Assembly (NCBI RefSeq): GCF_009914755.1 | Contig: NC_060947.1 | Length of the DNA stretch: 64,000 nt | From: the human T2T-CHM13v2.0 reference genome, Homo sapiens | Strand: one strand, 5' to 3' | Part shown: in pieces, positions 16,280 through 35,592 of the stretch | Numbering within the stretch: position 1 is the first letter of the stretch | How the letters are laid out: each line of letters starts with the position of its first letter | Notes under the pieces: generated by a model | Database searches by the model: none | Told to the model about the DNA's origin: nothing | Seen by the model: only the letters and a program-made list of their open reading frames with translations | Translations under genes and position numbers: made by a program

Positions 16280-16488
16280 CCTCTGTAGCTGTTCCAGGAC
16301 CCTGCTGGCATCTGCCGCACTGAAGTGGCGGGCCAAGACTTTGGAGATCAGCTGCCAGACCTGCGGGGGTGGGGAGTCGGCCAGCCTCTGGGCCTCGCCT
16401 TCTTCTAGTAGCACCTTCTCCAGGGGTTTGACCACTAGGTTGAGCTTGGAGTTGGGCCCGATGCTATAATCCGAGAGTCGTTTCCCAT
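16280..16488 (-). CDS. UBL4A: UBL4A exon 3
   Basis: cag|ATGGG...CAGAGG|gtgaga; DGKRLSDYSIGPNSKLNLVVKP...VLEQLQR. Confidence 0.96.
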
Positions 16489-16736
16489 CTGCCAAAGACA
16501 GATCGATGGGTTCCTCCTCCTCCACCGCCGTGGGGGTGGCCCGGGGCGCGAGGCCGCCTCGGGCGGCGGGAGCGGAGCGCTGCGGCATCCGGCTGTGAGG
16601 CATGCGGCCGCCTCCCTTGGGGTCATGTGGCGCTTGGCGCCCGCACCCCGACCCGACACACGGCTGCTGGCCTCGGCCCGCGCACCCCGGTCCCGCTTCC
16701 TGCGGGGCTCCCCGGGCGTCTCCTCTCCCTGGGTAC

Positions 16737-16842
16737 CTGCCAGGGCCTTGCCCTTGAACAGCAGCCGCTGCTGGCGCACTGGGACGTTCAGCTTCTCGGA
16801 GACCAGCTGCTTCAGCGTGGACACCAGCTCGTCCTCTGGCAC
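16737..16842 (-). CDS. UBL4A: UBL4A exon 2
   Basis: cag|GTGCC...GCAG|gtaccc; VPEDELVSTLKQLVSEKLNVPVRQQRLLFKGKALA, ubiquitin fold. Confidence 0.96.
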
Positions 16843-17045
16843 CTGGCCGCGCGGAGGGTGGGAGGCAAGGGTTGAGCCCGCGGCCCCCAGACGGCGAAGC
16901 CCACGCGTCCGCCCCCGAGGGCAGCTCTCCCGGCTCCCGGCCCTCGGCCCGGCCTCCCCGTGCCCGCCCTCGGCCCTGCCGGTCCCCCTGCCAGGAGCGG
17001 GCGAGAGAGCGCGCCGGACCCGGCGGCCCGGCCCGGGGACCCTAC

Positions 17046-17093
17046 CTGCAGGCTGCACTCGCGGCCCTGCAGCGCCTTCACCGTCAGCTGCAT
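17046..17093 (-). CDS. UBL4A: UBL4A exon 1 coding part
   Basis: accgccATG; MQLTVKALQGRECSLQ|gtaggg. Confidence 0.96.
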
Positions 17094-17831
17094 GGCGGTC
17101 GCGACGGCGTCCACTCGGGCCGGCGCGCACCCCAACCACCCCCCGCCGCGCGCCGCCGCCCCGGGCGCGCGCTGGAACCGCCCGCCGCCGCCGGAAGCAG
17201 CGAGAGGGGCGCGCCCGCCGCCCGCGCTTCCCGGCCCCGCCCTCCTGCCCCGTCCGCGCCCCGGCCCCGCCCCCCGGCCCAATTGCGCCCCGGGAGGAGT
17301 CCCCCCGGGGTCCCGCCTAGCACGCGCGCATCGACCGCCCTGGCCGGCGGACCCCTCCCAAAGCAACGACGCGGGGGAGTTGGGAGCAGGAACCAGTCGG
17401 GCCAGGTTGGCGTCATCTGGGAGCTGGGACATGGAGAAGGGAGGGCCAGAAGGTACGCTCGCCCCCGCGGACTGCCTGGCCCACCCCACGCGCCAGGACT
17501 GCTGGCGGCGCCTGGCCCTGCATACCCACAGACGGCCCGCCCCCGCTCCCTGTCTGGTGGCTTCCTACCTCCTCCTTTCTGGTCTGGCTGCGAAACGCTC
17601 CACTGAGCTTGAGAGGGGGCAGGGGGGCTACGCCTCTGCCCTCATCCTCCCACCTCTCCCAGAGTGGGGACACCCCCGGGGAGGGCTGATAGGGAAAGCC
17701 TATGCAGGGGTCACCGTGTCACCCAAGCTGGCCCTCCACCCTGGTCCACACTTACCCAGCACACTCTTTCTACCCCCACGCCCAGGCCCCAAAGGGCAAA
17801 GAGTAGAAGGGACCCAAGCTTGCTTCTCTCT

Positions 17832-17837
17832 TTTATT
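17832..17837 (-). terminator. SLC10A3 poly(A) signal (AATAAA)
   Basis: tttatt on + strand, about 180 nt past the stop. Confidence 0.8.
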
Positions 17838-18015
17838 GAAATATATTTTCTGGGCAGCGCCCACCTACCTAACTCAGCATGGCCTCTTTGGCACTGAAAG
17901 CTGGAGAATAAAAAATCAGTAAAAAAAATAAGCCTGGATTTTTCTGAGTGCATAGTGCATGAGAACTTTGGTGGAGTGTGGGGGCTGGGGCTGATGAAAG
18001 CTTGACCCAGAGGCC

Positions 18016-19449
18016 TCAGGGAACTGGGAACAGGCTGCTGTAGATGAAGTGGCCAATGACCAAGGCCAGCATCTCGGAGGTGCCGCTCAGCGCCACAATG
18101 AAGGGGGCCTGGGAGGCATAGTCAGCTTGAAGGCGGCGGAGGGATAGCTGCAGCATGGCCAAGGCCAGCAGGCTGTTCTGCACCCCTACCTCAATGCTGA
18201 CCGTCCGCCGCTGGGCCACTGGCAGCTTCAGACACGTGGCTAGGCAGTAGCCCACCAACAGGCCAACCAGGGGCACCGTGATACCCACCAGTACGATGGG
18301 TAGCCGGATGCCTGCCAGGATGAAGACCCCCATGCGATAGGCCAGGAAGAGGCCGCCCAGGAGGAGCACAAAGCTGAAGGGCTTGACGACCTGCAGCAGC
18401 AGCTGGGAGAACTTGGGGAGCTTGGACTTGATCAGCACGCCCACGGCTATGGGGATGGCAATGAACAGCAGGGTCCCCAGGATCTTGGAGATGGGCACGT
18501 GGAGCGTCTCATGGATGCTGAGCAGGCGGCTGTAGATGGCCGAAGACAGAGGCAAGAAGCCAGTGGCAGCCACCGTAGAGAGGAAAGTCATGGAGATGGC
18601 CAGGGTGACGTCCCCTCCAAGAAGGAGGCTGAAGAGGTAGCTCCCCCCGCCGCCAGGCGACGAGCAGGTGATGATGAGGCCCAGAGCCAGGGCCTTGGGC
18701 AGCATGAAGACCTTGGCCATGAGGAAAGCGTACAAGGGCATGACCAGAAACTGGCCCAGGAGGCCCAGCAGCATGGGCTGGGGGCTCTGCATGAGCCCCT
18801 TCAGAACCTCGAGTTCCACTTTGCACCCAAACGAACACTTGTTGACAAAGATAAGAGGCAGGAGCAGGTAGAGGATTGGGTTTTCCGAGAAGTGGGCCAG
18901 GTCGGCGCTGAGGGTGGCAGGCGTGTCTTCAGCAGGTGAGACCTTGATGCAGAAGTCTCTCCGCTCCTCAATCAGTGTGGGCGGGGCCTCATGGGCGTCC
19001 ACGAGCTGGATGTGGAGTGGGGCCAGCCCAGCCAGGCCTGAGTGGATGCTCACCACAAAGCCACCCCCGCCTCCCCAGGTTATAGCACTCACGTTCTTGA
19101 TGGTCAGCACCTCTGTGTCCAGGGAGGTGACCCTGAGCATGGGGCCAGGCGCCGTCCTGTTGGCCTGGCCTGGGTACTGGCTGGAGATCACGATGATGCC
19201 CTCACTGTCCTCAGGAAACTCAAACTCCATCACAGAGCCATCTCCAATGCTCAAGTAGCGGCCCCCAGTCGGTGGCACGGTGTGACCCCCAGCAGTGCTG
19301 AGGCTGGTGCTGGCTGTCCCTTGGGCCCCCCATGGCAGGCTGATGAGCAGCAGGGCAGCTCTGAGCATGCTTAAGGGACCTGTGCCACCACCCTCGCCCC
19401 CCAGACCAGGCCACTGCTGAGAGCTGCCCTTGTCCTGCATTAACACCAT
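18016..19449 (-). CDS. SLC10A3: P3 protein, SLC10 sodium/bile acid cotransporter family member 3 (single coding exon, 477 aa)
   Basis: gccATGG at 19449; MVLMQDKGSSQQW...SSLFPVP; SBF motifs SPGGGGSY, GGDVTLAISMT, EVGVQN. Confidence 0.96.
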   Translation of the reverse strand: MVLMQDKGSSQQWPGLGGEGGGTGPLSMLRAALLLISLPWGAQGTASTSLSTAGGHTVPPTGGRYLSIGDGSVMEFEFPEDSEGIIVISSQYPGQANRTAPGPMLRVTSLDTEVLTIKNVSAITWGGGGGFVVSIHSGLAGLAPLHIQLVDAHEAPPTLIEERRDFCIKVSPAEDTPATLSADLAHFSENPILYLLLPLIFVNKCSFGCKVELEVLKGLMQSPQPMLLGLLGQFLVMPLYAFLMAKVFMLPKALALGLIITCSSPGGGGSYLFSLLLGGDVTLAISMTFLSTVAATGFLPLSSAIYSRLLSIHETLHVPISKILGTLLFIAIPIAVGVLIKSKLPKFSQLLLQVVKPFSFVLLLGGLFLAYRMGVFILAGIRLPIVLVGITVPLVGLLVGYCLATCLKLPVAQRRTVSIEVGVQNSLLALAMLQLSLRRLQADYASQAPFIVALSGTSEMLALVIGHFIYSSLFPVP

Positions 19450-19627
19450 GGCTCTTCCTGGAGGACGGATGGCGTGCCCAGGCCCTCTGCGGCTTAGGAG
19501 AACATCCCCACTGGTGCTGTTGGGTTGTCCTGAGAAGGGTTCATGGGTGGGTCCCAGTCCTGTGCTGTCTTCCTTGATGGCAGGGCTGTCCCTGAGGAGG
19601 TAAGGGACACAGAGAGGCAGCTGGTGA

Positions 19628-19688
19628 GGGTCACTTACCCTGGAGGCCTTGGTCCAGCCATGTGTCTTACCTCTGAAGAGGGAGGCAG
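19628..19688. repeat. 61-bp perfect direct repeat, copy 1
   Basis: gggtcacttaccctggaggccttggtccagccatgtgtcttacctctgaagagggaggcag is identical to 20440-20500. Confidence 0.95.
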
Positions 19689-20439
19689 TCAAGAACCCAG
19701 GAGCATGGGGATCTGGAAGCCCACTGCTAAGAGTAAAACTCAGCAGGGACCCTTGCCCCACACTCAGGAATGGAGAGGCAATGCCTAGTGATGGCCCTTG
19801 AGTGCCATTCAGCTGTGGCTCCCTGGCCCACTCTACCTGCCCCTACAGTGACTCGATGAAGGTCCTGCTGGGAAGCAGGTCCTCCCTCCCCAGGGAAGTT
19901 GCCAGAAGGGGCGGCAGGAGTGGATCAGACAGAGCCACATGTCTACTGGGGGGGTTTCTCCTCCTTTTGTCAGAGCTCCCACTGGGCTGAGACTTTGAGC
20001 TCCCAGAGCCACTGCGTTACATCTGAGAGGCTGTGCTCAGAGTGCAGGGCTCCTTCCCATGCCCACATGCGCCCCTACCAGAGCCTCAAACTCAGTGGAA
20101 TTATGAGTGTTTCTAGCGGCCAGCAACACCCCCTTCCACTTCTCAATCTGGGCAGCGACCACCGTAGTGTCACATCACCTGCTAGAACTGGGGCAACCAG
20201 GATGGAGACACAACAGCTTTACATCACCCCTGTCAGTTGCCTCATGCACTGTTGTGTCCCAGTCCTAGAAGAGGACTGCCTCTATAGATCCTATCCGTCT
20301 TTGGCATTGGCCTCCCGTCATCTGAGACTGGGGTGAGGCAGAAGTAGGGAGCAGAGGTTAGGTTAAGCCAAAGGCTCATCCCGGCGAGCCTCCCCTATCC
20401 CTAGCTTAGGATGACATGGCCTCTGCTGGCTTGAAGTTC

Positions 20440-20500
20440 GGGTCACTTACCCTGGAGGCCTTGGTCCAGCCATGTGTCTTACCTCTGAAGAGGGAGGCAG
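20440..20500. repeat. 61-bp perfect direct repeat, copy 2 (contains candidate SLC10A3 micro-exon 20451-20484, minus strand)
   Basis: Identical to 19628-19688; minus strand reads pyrimidine tract-CAG|34 nt|GTAAGT. Confidence 0.95.
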
Positions 20501-20779
20501 GAAAACCAGTGGGGTGGGAGAGGCAAAGTACAGGAGCTAAGATGAAGGCACCAGGACTGAAGCCACCGGGGTGATACAAACCAGCTCAGAAGGGAAAGGC
20601 TAGGGGCCATCCACCCCATGCCCCATCCCTCCAGTAGGGCTGGCGGCTCTGAGTCACTCCAAGAGGGGTTTGGCCCAGATCCCACACCATTTCTGCTTGA
20701 GGGGCCGACAGAGTTTGAGCAGATGCACCCACAAGGCAGGGGAGGGAGTCCCGGCCCTTCCAAAACGGCCAAGTGTTCG

Positions 20780-21600
20780 GGGTAACTGGCAGTGCTAACA
20801 GGGGCTCCTCCCTACCTGGGAGTCCGGAAGTTGTCGGACGGGTGGCTAGCAGAGCTCGGGCGCGAACCTGGGAGGGAGGAAAGGAAGGGCACGCCGCCGT
20901 CCCACAGCCGGCGACCCGCTCGGGCCGTCTCGGAGTCTGGGGGGGCCCCTTACGCCATTCCTGGGCCCCGCGGCCCCGCCAGGCCTCGCAAACGCGCGGC
21001 GGCGGCGGCGGCCCTTCCCTGCCAGGCCCGGCCGGGCGCCCGAGTGGGCGATCGCGGAGCAGGGTCGGGGCCAGAGGCCGCCTCCCTTCCGGAGGCTCTC
21101 ACCTGCCACAGCCACCGCGCAGCTTAGCTGCAGCGTCTGCCTGGCAGGCAGTCGCCCGCGAGCTCGGCCTGTCAGGGCCCCGCCCCACCGAAGCCCCTCC
21201 CTTCCCCGCCCCGCGCGTCAGGGCCCCGCCCCCCCCTCAGCGTCCAGCTCAACTCCGGCTGCTCGCTGGGCTCCGACCGGTTGTGACGTCTCTGGGAGTG
21301 ACGCGCCGGCGCGGGCGCGGTGCGGGTGAGCTGGTCGGCGCTTGGCGCTGCCTGGACCAATCGCTTGGCAGCGCATCTGAAGCTGTTGTGATCGCTGGGG
21401 CGACCCGCTCTGGGAGGGAGCCCCAGGCATTCCCGATTACGCTGCGACCTCTAAAGGCAATGGGACAGAGGGTTAGACGTTAGCAGGGCTGGGTGCCCGG
21501 GGTTAGGGTTTTGGCCACGTTGCCGCTCAAGGTGCCCAGCCCTGGGGCCCCAGGGTTGAGTTTGACCGACCTGGACGCCAGGCTCTGTGCGGAGTTCCTC
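20780..21600. promoter_or_regulatory. CpG island / SLC10A3 promoter and non-coding exon 1 (donor CAG|GTGAGA at 21103/21102)
   Basis: CpG dense, GC boxes, CRE-like TGACGTC near 21284, CCAAT near 21357. Confidence 0.82.
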
Positions 21601-21639
21601 CTTTCGTTCAAGTATTGACCGAGCGCCTATTTCTATTTT

Positions 21640-24920
<3,281 letters not shown>

Positions 24921-25738
24921 TTTTAAAAAAATTTAAAAAGGCATGGAAGGCATATGCTAGTGTAAGTATGAGGTACATTGAGTATCCACAGGGAAGTGTA
25001 ATGACACCTGTCACTTTTGCCTGCCCAGCATCAGGTTGCAGCACCTTAGTTTTCTCTGGGGGAACCATCCCTCCTCCACTCTCAGTACACATGGTTTGCA
25101 TGTGGATGACCCCAACGCTGGGCCCTGGAGTGGGCACATAACCAGGTATAACCAGCCAGCCACTCAGAGTGGGCAGACATCATGCCATAATCCAGTCTGG
25201 ACCAGTGAGGGTTAGTCCCCAGGAACTTGTACTGAAGTATTGGGAATGCCATCCTAAGTCACAGAGAGGGAGACTAAAAGAAAATGGTATTTATTTGGAA
25301 TGGGTACTGCAATGGGAATGTGTGTGCCATAGTAAACTGTGTATATTCAGGGAGGCGAAGGGAGAAAAAGGGTTTTGTTGTTGTTGTTTTTTAAGGTAGG
25401 GTCTCACTCTGTTGCCCAGGGTGGAGTGCAGTGGTGTGATACTGGCTAACTGCAGCCTTCACCTCCTGGACTCGGGTGACCCTTCCACTTCAGCCCCCTC
25501 GAGTAGCTGGGACTACAGGCATGTGCCACCATGCCTGGCTAATTTTTTTGCATTTTTTGTAGAGATGGGGTTTAACCATGTTGCCTTACACTGGTCCCAA
25601 ACTCCTGGGCTTAAGCAATTCTCCTGTCTCGGCCTTCCAAAGTGCTGGGATTACAAACATGAGCCATTGCAGCAGGCTGACAAAGGTGTTTTTTGTTTGT
25701 TTGTTTGTTTGTTTGTTTGTCTGTTTGTTTGTTTTTGA

Positions 25739-25843
<105 letters not shown>

Positions 25844-26319
25844 TGAGTAGCTGGGATTACGGGCACCCGCCACCACGCCCGGCTGATTTTGTATTTTTAG
25901 TAGAGACGGGGTTTCACTATGTTGGTCAGACTGGTCTTGAACTCCCGACCTCAGGTGATCCGCCTTCCTCAGCCTCCCAAAGTGCTGGGATTACAGGTGT
26001 GAACCACTGTGCCCGGCTGAGAAAAGTTTTTAAAGAAAAAATGAGAATTACATAATTGTTTTCAGGTAATTATTCTTGGCTACAAGGATTAATAACAAAG
26101 GTGGCATCAGTCCAAATTTGGACAGGCAGCTGCTGGGTAGATGTGTTCACAGAAGTATTTTCTGTGTGTAAGGTGATGAGACTGCAAAAACTATATCACT
26201 CTGGTGATGATAGCCGTTGTACAGGGTTATAGTTTTTGCAGTCTCATGATGGGTTTTGCTATCAGGCATCACACATGAGAACCTTCCCTTCATGGCCTTC
26301 CCCAGCTCCGGTTTTCGGG

Positions 26320-26633
26320 TTTTTTTTTTTTTTTTAAGGTGGGGTCTTGCTATGTGACCCTGGCTGGAAGTGCAGTGGCTTTTCACGGAGCGATCCTACT
26401 ACTGATCAGCATGGGAGTTTTTATTTGCTCTGTTTCTGAGCTGGGCTGGTTCACTCTTCCTTAGGAAACCTGGTGGTCTCCTGCTCCCAGGAGATTACCA
26501 TATTGATGCTGAGTTTAGTGGAGACACCAGATCAGAATAGCATACCACAGCCCAGAAATCCTGGGCTCAAGTGGTCCTCCTGCCTCAGCCTCCCCAGTAG
26601 CTAGGAATACAGGTGTGTACTACCATGCCTGGC
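26320..26633 (-). pseudogene. Full-length 7SL (SRP RNA) retropseudogene with poly(A) tail
   Basis: Reverse complement matches the 7SL S-domain (CATCAATATGGT..CTCC.GGGAGC...ACCACCAGGTT.CCTAAGGA...GTGAACC...AAAACTCCC.TGCTGATCAGTAGT) plus both Alu-domain ends. Confidence 0.9.
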
Positions 26634-26770
26634 TAATTTTTAAAAATTTTTCGTAGAGACAGGGTCTCCCTATGTTGCTCAGGCTCATCTCGAACTCCTA
26701 GGCTCAAGGGATCCTCCCATGACAGCCTCCCAAAGTGCTAGACTACAGGGGTGAGCCACCGCACCTGGCC

Positions 26771-27462
<692 letters not shown>

Positions 27463-28099
27463 TGACAACTAAGAGTCAGTGTCAAAACCCCTTTAGGCAC
27501 ATCTGAGCAACAGTGGAAATTTGGAGAGAGTTGCACTCAGACTAAGTCTACCTGAAGTCCATCGTTAAATTCTATTTTTTCTGTTCTGTGGTCTTTTGGC
27601 CATCATCTGGAAGCCCCGTGCCAGCATACTCTGTTAGCAGCTGTACTTCTGCAGAAGTTTCACAAGTAACAAGTACAAATTGTTAAAAGGAAAATACAAA
27701 TTAATATTAGTAGTAATATGATACCCCCAGTTTTCATAATAGTTTTGAGCTATGAACCTAGGCTTAAAGGCAATCAAGTGAATAAATCAAATGACCATGG
27801 GGAATTAGGTGAGACCCATTATAACCTATGTGACCTGTTATAACCTATGTTTTGTAATTTCGTGTATATGGGGCCTCAAGTTCCCCAGGGGAATTTATCC
27901 AGGTTCAGCATGTGCTATTAGCAATAGAACAGATATTTCCTGATTTAACCAATAGATGCTGAAGGATCTCTTAGGTCAGGTTCTGTGAGGTTACTGACAG
28001 AAGCTATTGATTGTGCAATTTCAATTACACCATTATCCTGTCAACGAAAAGGCAGACATAAGAAAGGAAAAATTAAGAGTGACAAGATTTTCATTTTGA

Positions 28100-28298
<199 letters not shown>

Positions 28299-28881
28299 TA
28301 GAGATGGGGTTTCACCATGTTGGCCAGACTGGTCTTGAACTCCTGACCCCAAGTGATCCGCCCGCCTCGGCCTCCCAAAGTGCTGGGATGACAGGCCTGA
28401 AGCCACCGCGCCCAGCTGAAGCGCTCAACTTCTTGTTCTGGTTTGCAGTTTGAGTGTCTCTGGTTATGGCATCAGGTGGTTTGGAGAACTTCCTGTGTGA
28501 CCCATACATCAGGCATGAGACTTGTCCCTGGATATTTATACCAAGTTTTCCAGCTTCAGCTTCAAGGCCTTTAGCAACATAACAGGTTTTTTTCTTAGTT
28601 GGAGAGTTTTAGCCAAATATTAGAGGAAATTAGGAGGATTTGGGGTCTAGTCCCGTCTTCATGTAGATAAGAAACAATGCAAAGGGCTGCAATCTAATAG
28701 CAGGCATATTTTAGTGTTTTTCCTTTAGAAACAACTTTTTCTGGGAGGCCAAGACGGGCGGATCACGAGGTCAGGAGATCGAGACCATCCTGGCTAACAC
28801 GGTGAAACCCCGTCTCTACTAAAAATACAAAAAAAAAAAAAAAAAAAAAAAATAGCCAGGCGTGGTGGCACGCACCTGTAG

Positions 28882-29160
<279 letters not shown>

Positions 29161-29358
29161 TAGCTGGGCATACAGGTGCGCACTACCACACTGGCTATTT
29201 TTTTTTTTTTTTTGTAGAGATGGGGGTCTCCTTATGTTGCCCAGGCTAGTTTTTTTTTTTTTTTTTTTAACTTTTGTACCTTTTGTATTTTTAGTAGAGA
29301 CTAATTTTTGTATTTTTAGTAGAGATGGGGTTTCACCATGTTGGGCAGGCTGGTCTCA

Positions 29359-29469
<111 letters not shown>

Positions 29470-30694
29470 TCATCACCTGTCTCAGCCTTCTAAAGTGCTG
29501 AGATTACAGGCGTGACTCACCATGCCCACCTAATTACTATATTTTTGATAAAATAATTAATGCTTTTAATTTTTCCCTTTAATTAATTAGATATTTTTCA
29601 TATATTTTGGTAGAAAATATTACACAGAATGTGAAAACGTACGGACACATGATTACATAGAAACAGATTCCCTAGCTTTCATTTTGAAATTTTTGTCATG
29701 AGACAGTACAATATAGTAATATACGCTTGCCAGTTTATAAAAGGACAGTTGGATCCAATTTCTGACAAAATGAGACCCGTTCGTGTGGCTGAGCATTATT
29801 TGACCCCATAGGTAATCTTATGAAGGCTGAAGATCAAAATTTTGGGTAAAGCAGCGTCTACAGCAGTTTGATTTAAAATATCTTTTTAAAATCCTTTTAT
29901 TCCATATCAAATGAGTTTAGAGGTTAAATATTCAAATGTTCACATTTCAGTTAGGACTAGCTGAATTGTATGAGAAAAACAGAATTTCCAGTGGCCAATC
30001 TGGTTTGCTTGATTAGTCAGCACAGGTGGAGAGGCACTTTTCAAAAAGATATTTACAGTTGTTTTTTTTCCTCAGCTTTTTCTGGATTGTACATGACAGA
30101 CAAAGCCAAATTTTTATGCTGGACAGAGATACCTTATGTGATTGCTGTGTGCTCAAGAGTTTGACCTGTTTGATCTGAGAACCTAACTTTCACAAACATT
30201 GATCTAGTTCTTTCCTTTTTAGACTATCAATCTTTTAATTAACTGTTCCGTCACCCTAAGCAATTGTCAGCTAGGCAAACCTCCATACATGTTTCTGAAA
30301 GGAATGACTCCTAAGTGTACAAGGCTAGGTTTTTGGTTGCCATGGAGCTGTTGTAATTTGAAAGCACCCTTTTTTCTTTTCTTTTTCTTGGCTGAAATGC
30401 CCTAAGGAAAAGTTATAAACAGCTTTTGAAATCACCAATGTTAGATTATCTTTTTTTATTCTTATTTTTTTGAGACAAGATCTCACTCCATCGCCCAGGC
30501 TAGAGTGCAGTAGTGTGTCACGGCTCAACGCAGCCTTGAACTTCCAGGCTCAAGTGATCCTCCCACCTCAGCCTCCTGAATAGCTGGGACCACAGGTGTG
30601 TGCCTCCACGCTAGCTACCTTTTTGTATTTTTAATGTAGGGTTGGGGTCTGATCAGGTTGCCCAGGGTGAAATTATCTTAATACAATTATCTTA

Positions 30695-31081
<387 letters not shown>

Positions 31082-31402
31082 TCAGGAGATCGAGACCATC
31101 CTGGCCAACATGATAAAATACAAAAAATTAGCCAGGCATGGTGGCGCATGCCTGTAGTCCCAGCTACTCGGGACGCTAAGGCAGTGGAATTCCTTGAACC
31201 CGGGAGGCAGAGGTTGCCGAGATCGTGCCAGCCTGGTGACAGAGCAAGACTCCGCCTCAAAAAAAAAAAAAAAGAAGAAGAAGAAGAAAAAGCCAACAGA
31301 GTCAGCAGAGAGGAGGAAGAAAAGAAAAGCAGATAGAGAAGTTAGGCGCCTCTACATACCAGTGTTTTAGTTTTATTTATTTAATTTTATTTTTTATTTT
31401 AA

Positions 31403-31624
<222 letters not shown>

Positions 31625-32419
31625 TGAGATAGCCTTGACCCCTGGGCTCAAGCCATCCTCCCACCTCAGCCTCCCTAGTAGCTGGGACTACAGGTGTGCA
31701 CCACCACACCTGGCTAATTAATTTTTTTTTTTTTTTTTTAGAGACAGGGTCTTGCTGTGTTGCCCAGGATGGTGTCAAATTCCTGGGCTCAAGTGATCCT
31801 CCTGCCTTGGACTCTCAAGTGCTGGGATGACAGGTGTGAGCCACCACGCCCAGCTGTAGGTCCCACTTCTGACTCTAGTTATGTCATCCTAAATAACAGG
31901 CTCTCTGAGAGAAAATGATATTTATTCTGGAATGCGTTGCAGTGGGAATGCATGTGCCATGGTAAACTGTATGGTAAACTGTGTGCATATACAGGGAGGC
32001 AAAAGAAGGCAAAGGTTTTTCAAGGAAAAGTGAAGAGGATCACCTAATTGTTTTGAGAGAATTCTCCTTGGCTACAAGGATCGATAACAAGGGTGACCTC
32101 AGTATGAGGTTGGACAGGGTTAGGGTTAAGTTGCTCAGCTGGGTGCGGTGGCTCACGCCTATAATCCTAGCACTTTGGGAGGCTGAGGCGGGTGGATCAC
32201 CTGAGGTCAGGAGTTCAAGAGCAGCCTGGCCAACAAGGTAAAACCCTGTCTCTACTAAAAACACAAAAATGAGCCAGGCGTGGTAGCGCATGCCTGTGAT
32301 CCCAGCTACTCAGGAGGCTGAGGCAGGAGAATCGCTTGAACCTAGGAGGCGGAGGTTGTGGTGAGCCAAGATTGTGCCACTATACTCCAGCCTGGGTGAC
32401 TGATCCAGACTCCGTTTCA

Positions 32420-33011
<592 letters not shown>

Positions 33012-33726
33012 TTATGCCAGTTTGAGTTTGAATTCTGGCATTGTAAGTGAGGACATCCTAACTCCTAAAGGGCAGGCCCAGGGGGCGATACCCCTGGCAA
33101 AACAGGACCGTGGGATATGTCAAGCTTACCTCCTCTTTGGGAAGTCAGGCAGGCTGTGCTCCATGCCATCAGCTTCCTAGCCTGTGTTGGGCTGTGACAC
33201 TGGTGACCCCAGTGAGGGTGCAGCCCCATGAAGAGGTAGAGGCTGTCACTGTGGCTCACTACGGTGTTCCTGGACCAGTTCAGGCACTTGGTGAATGTTT
33301 AGTGAACAAATGAGCTGAAGGAACAAATGGAGGAAGGCTGGGCAATCACAGCAGTTGCTGGAGAAGTGTCGGGGAGCCCAAGCCCCTCCCAGCCTGGCAG
33401 TATAGACACTCCGTGAGTTTCCGTTTCATTTAGGGGCAAGCTAGTAACCTCGTGGAATTGTACTTATCTGGCTTGTAGTCTTGCTACACCGGGAACTCTC
33501 CTATCCCCACTAGGGACCTTTACTTTTTTGTACAGTGGGGACAATGGCCACACTTACTGGCTAGGGTTGTGGTGAGGTGTTACCTATGGTATAACTGAGG
33601 TATTGATGCAAGAAGGAAGTTGAGATTTGTATCAACATATGGGACCATGTGGGTACAGATGAGACAGCACTGGTCACATGTCGATCACTAGAGGGATGAG
33701 CACATCAGAGTTGATGACAGTCATCT

Positions 33727-35592
<1,866 letters not shown>

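Larger units (their letters stand above)
16500..17560. promoter_or_regulatory. CpG island / UBL4A promoter
   Basis: Very high CpG density, multiple GC boxes, CCGGAAG ETS site near 17191, CCAAT near 17279. Confidence 0.88.

Noticed and set aside
16435-17922. Several 200-320 aa overlapping ORFs at the UBL4A promoter (similar ones at 20773-21483 and 46020-47069)
   Set aside because: Stop-codon depletion in CpG islands yields Arg/Pro/Gly/Ala-rich frames on both strands.
18016-19761. 581-aa ORF as the SLC10A3 protein
   Set aside because: It begins at a non-ATG codon and runs through the splice acceptor at 19592; the supported CDS starts at ATG 19449.
32117-32130. Telomere-like GGGTTAGGGTTA (also near 21500)
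   Set aside because: Only about two units; expected by chance.
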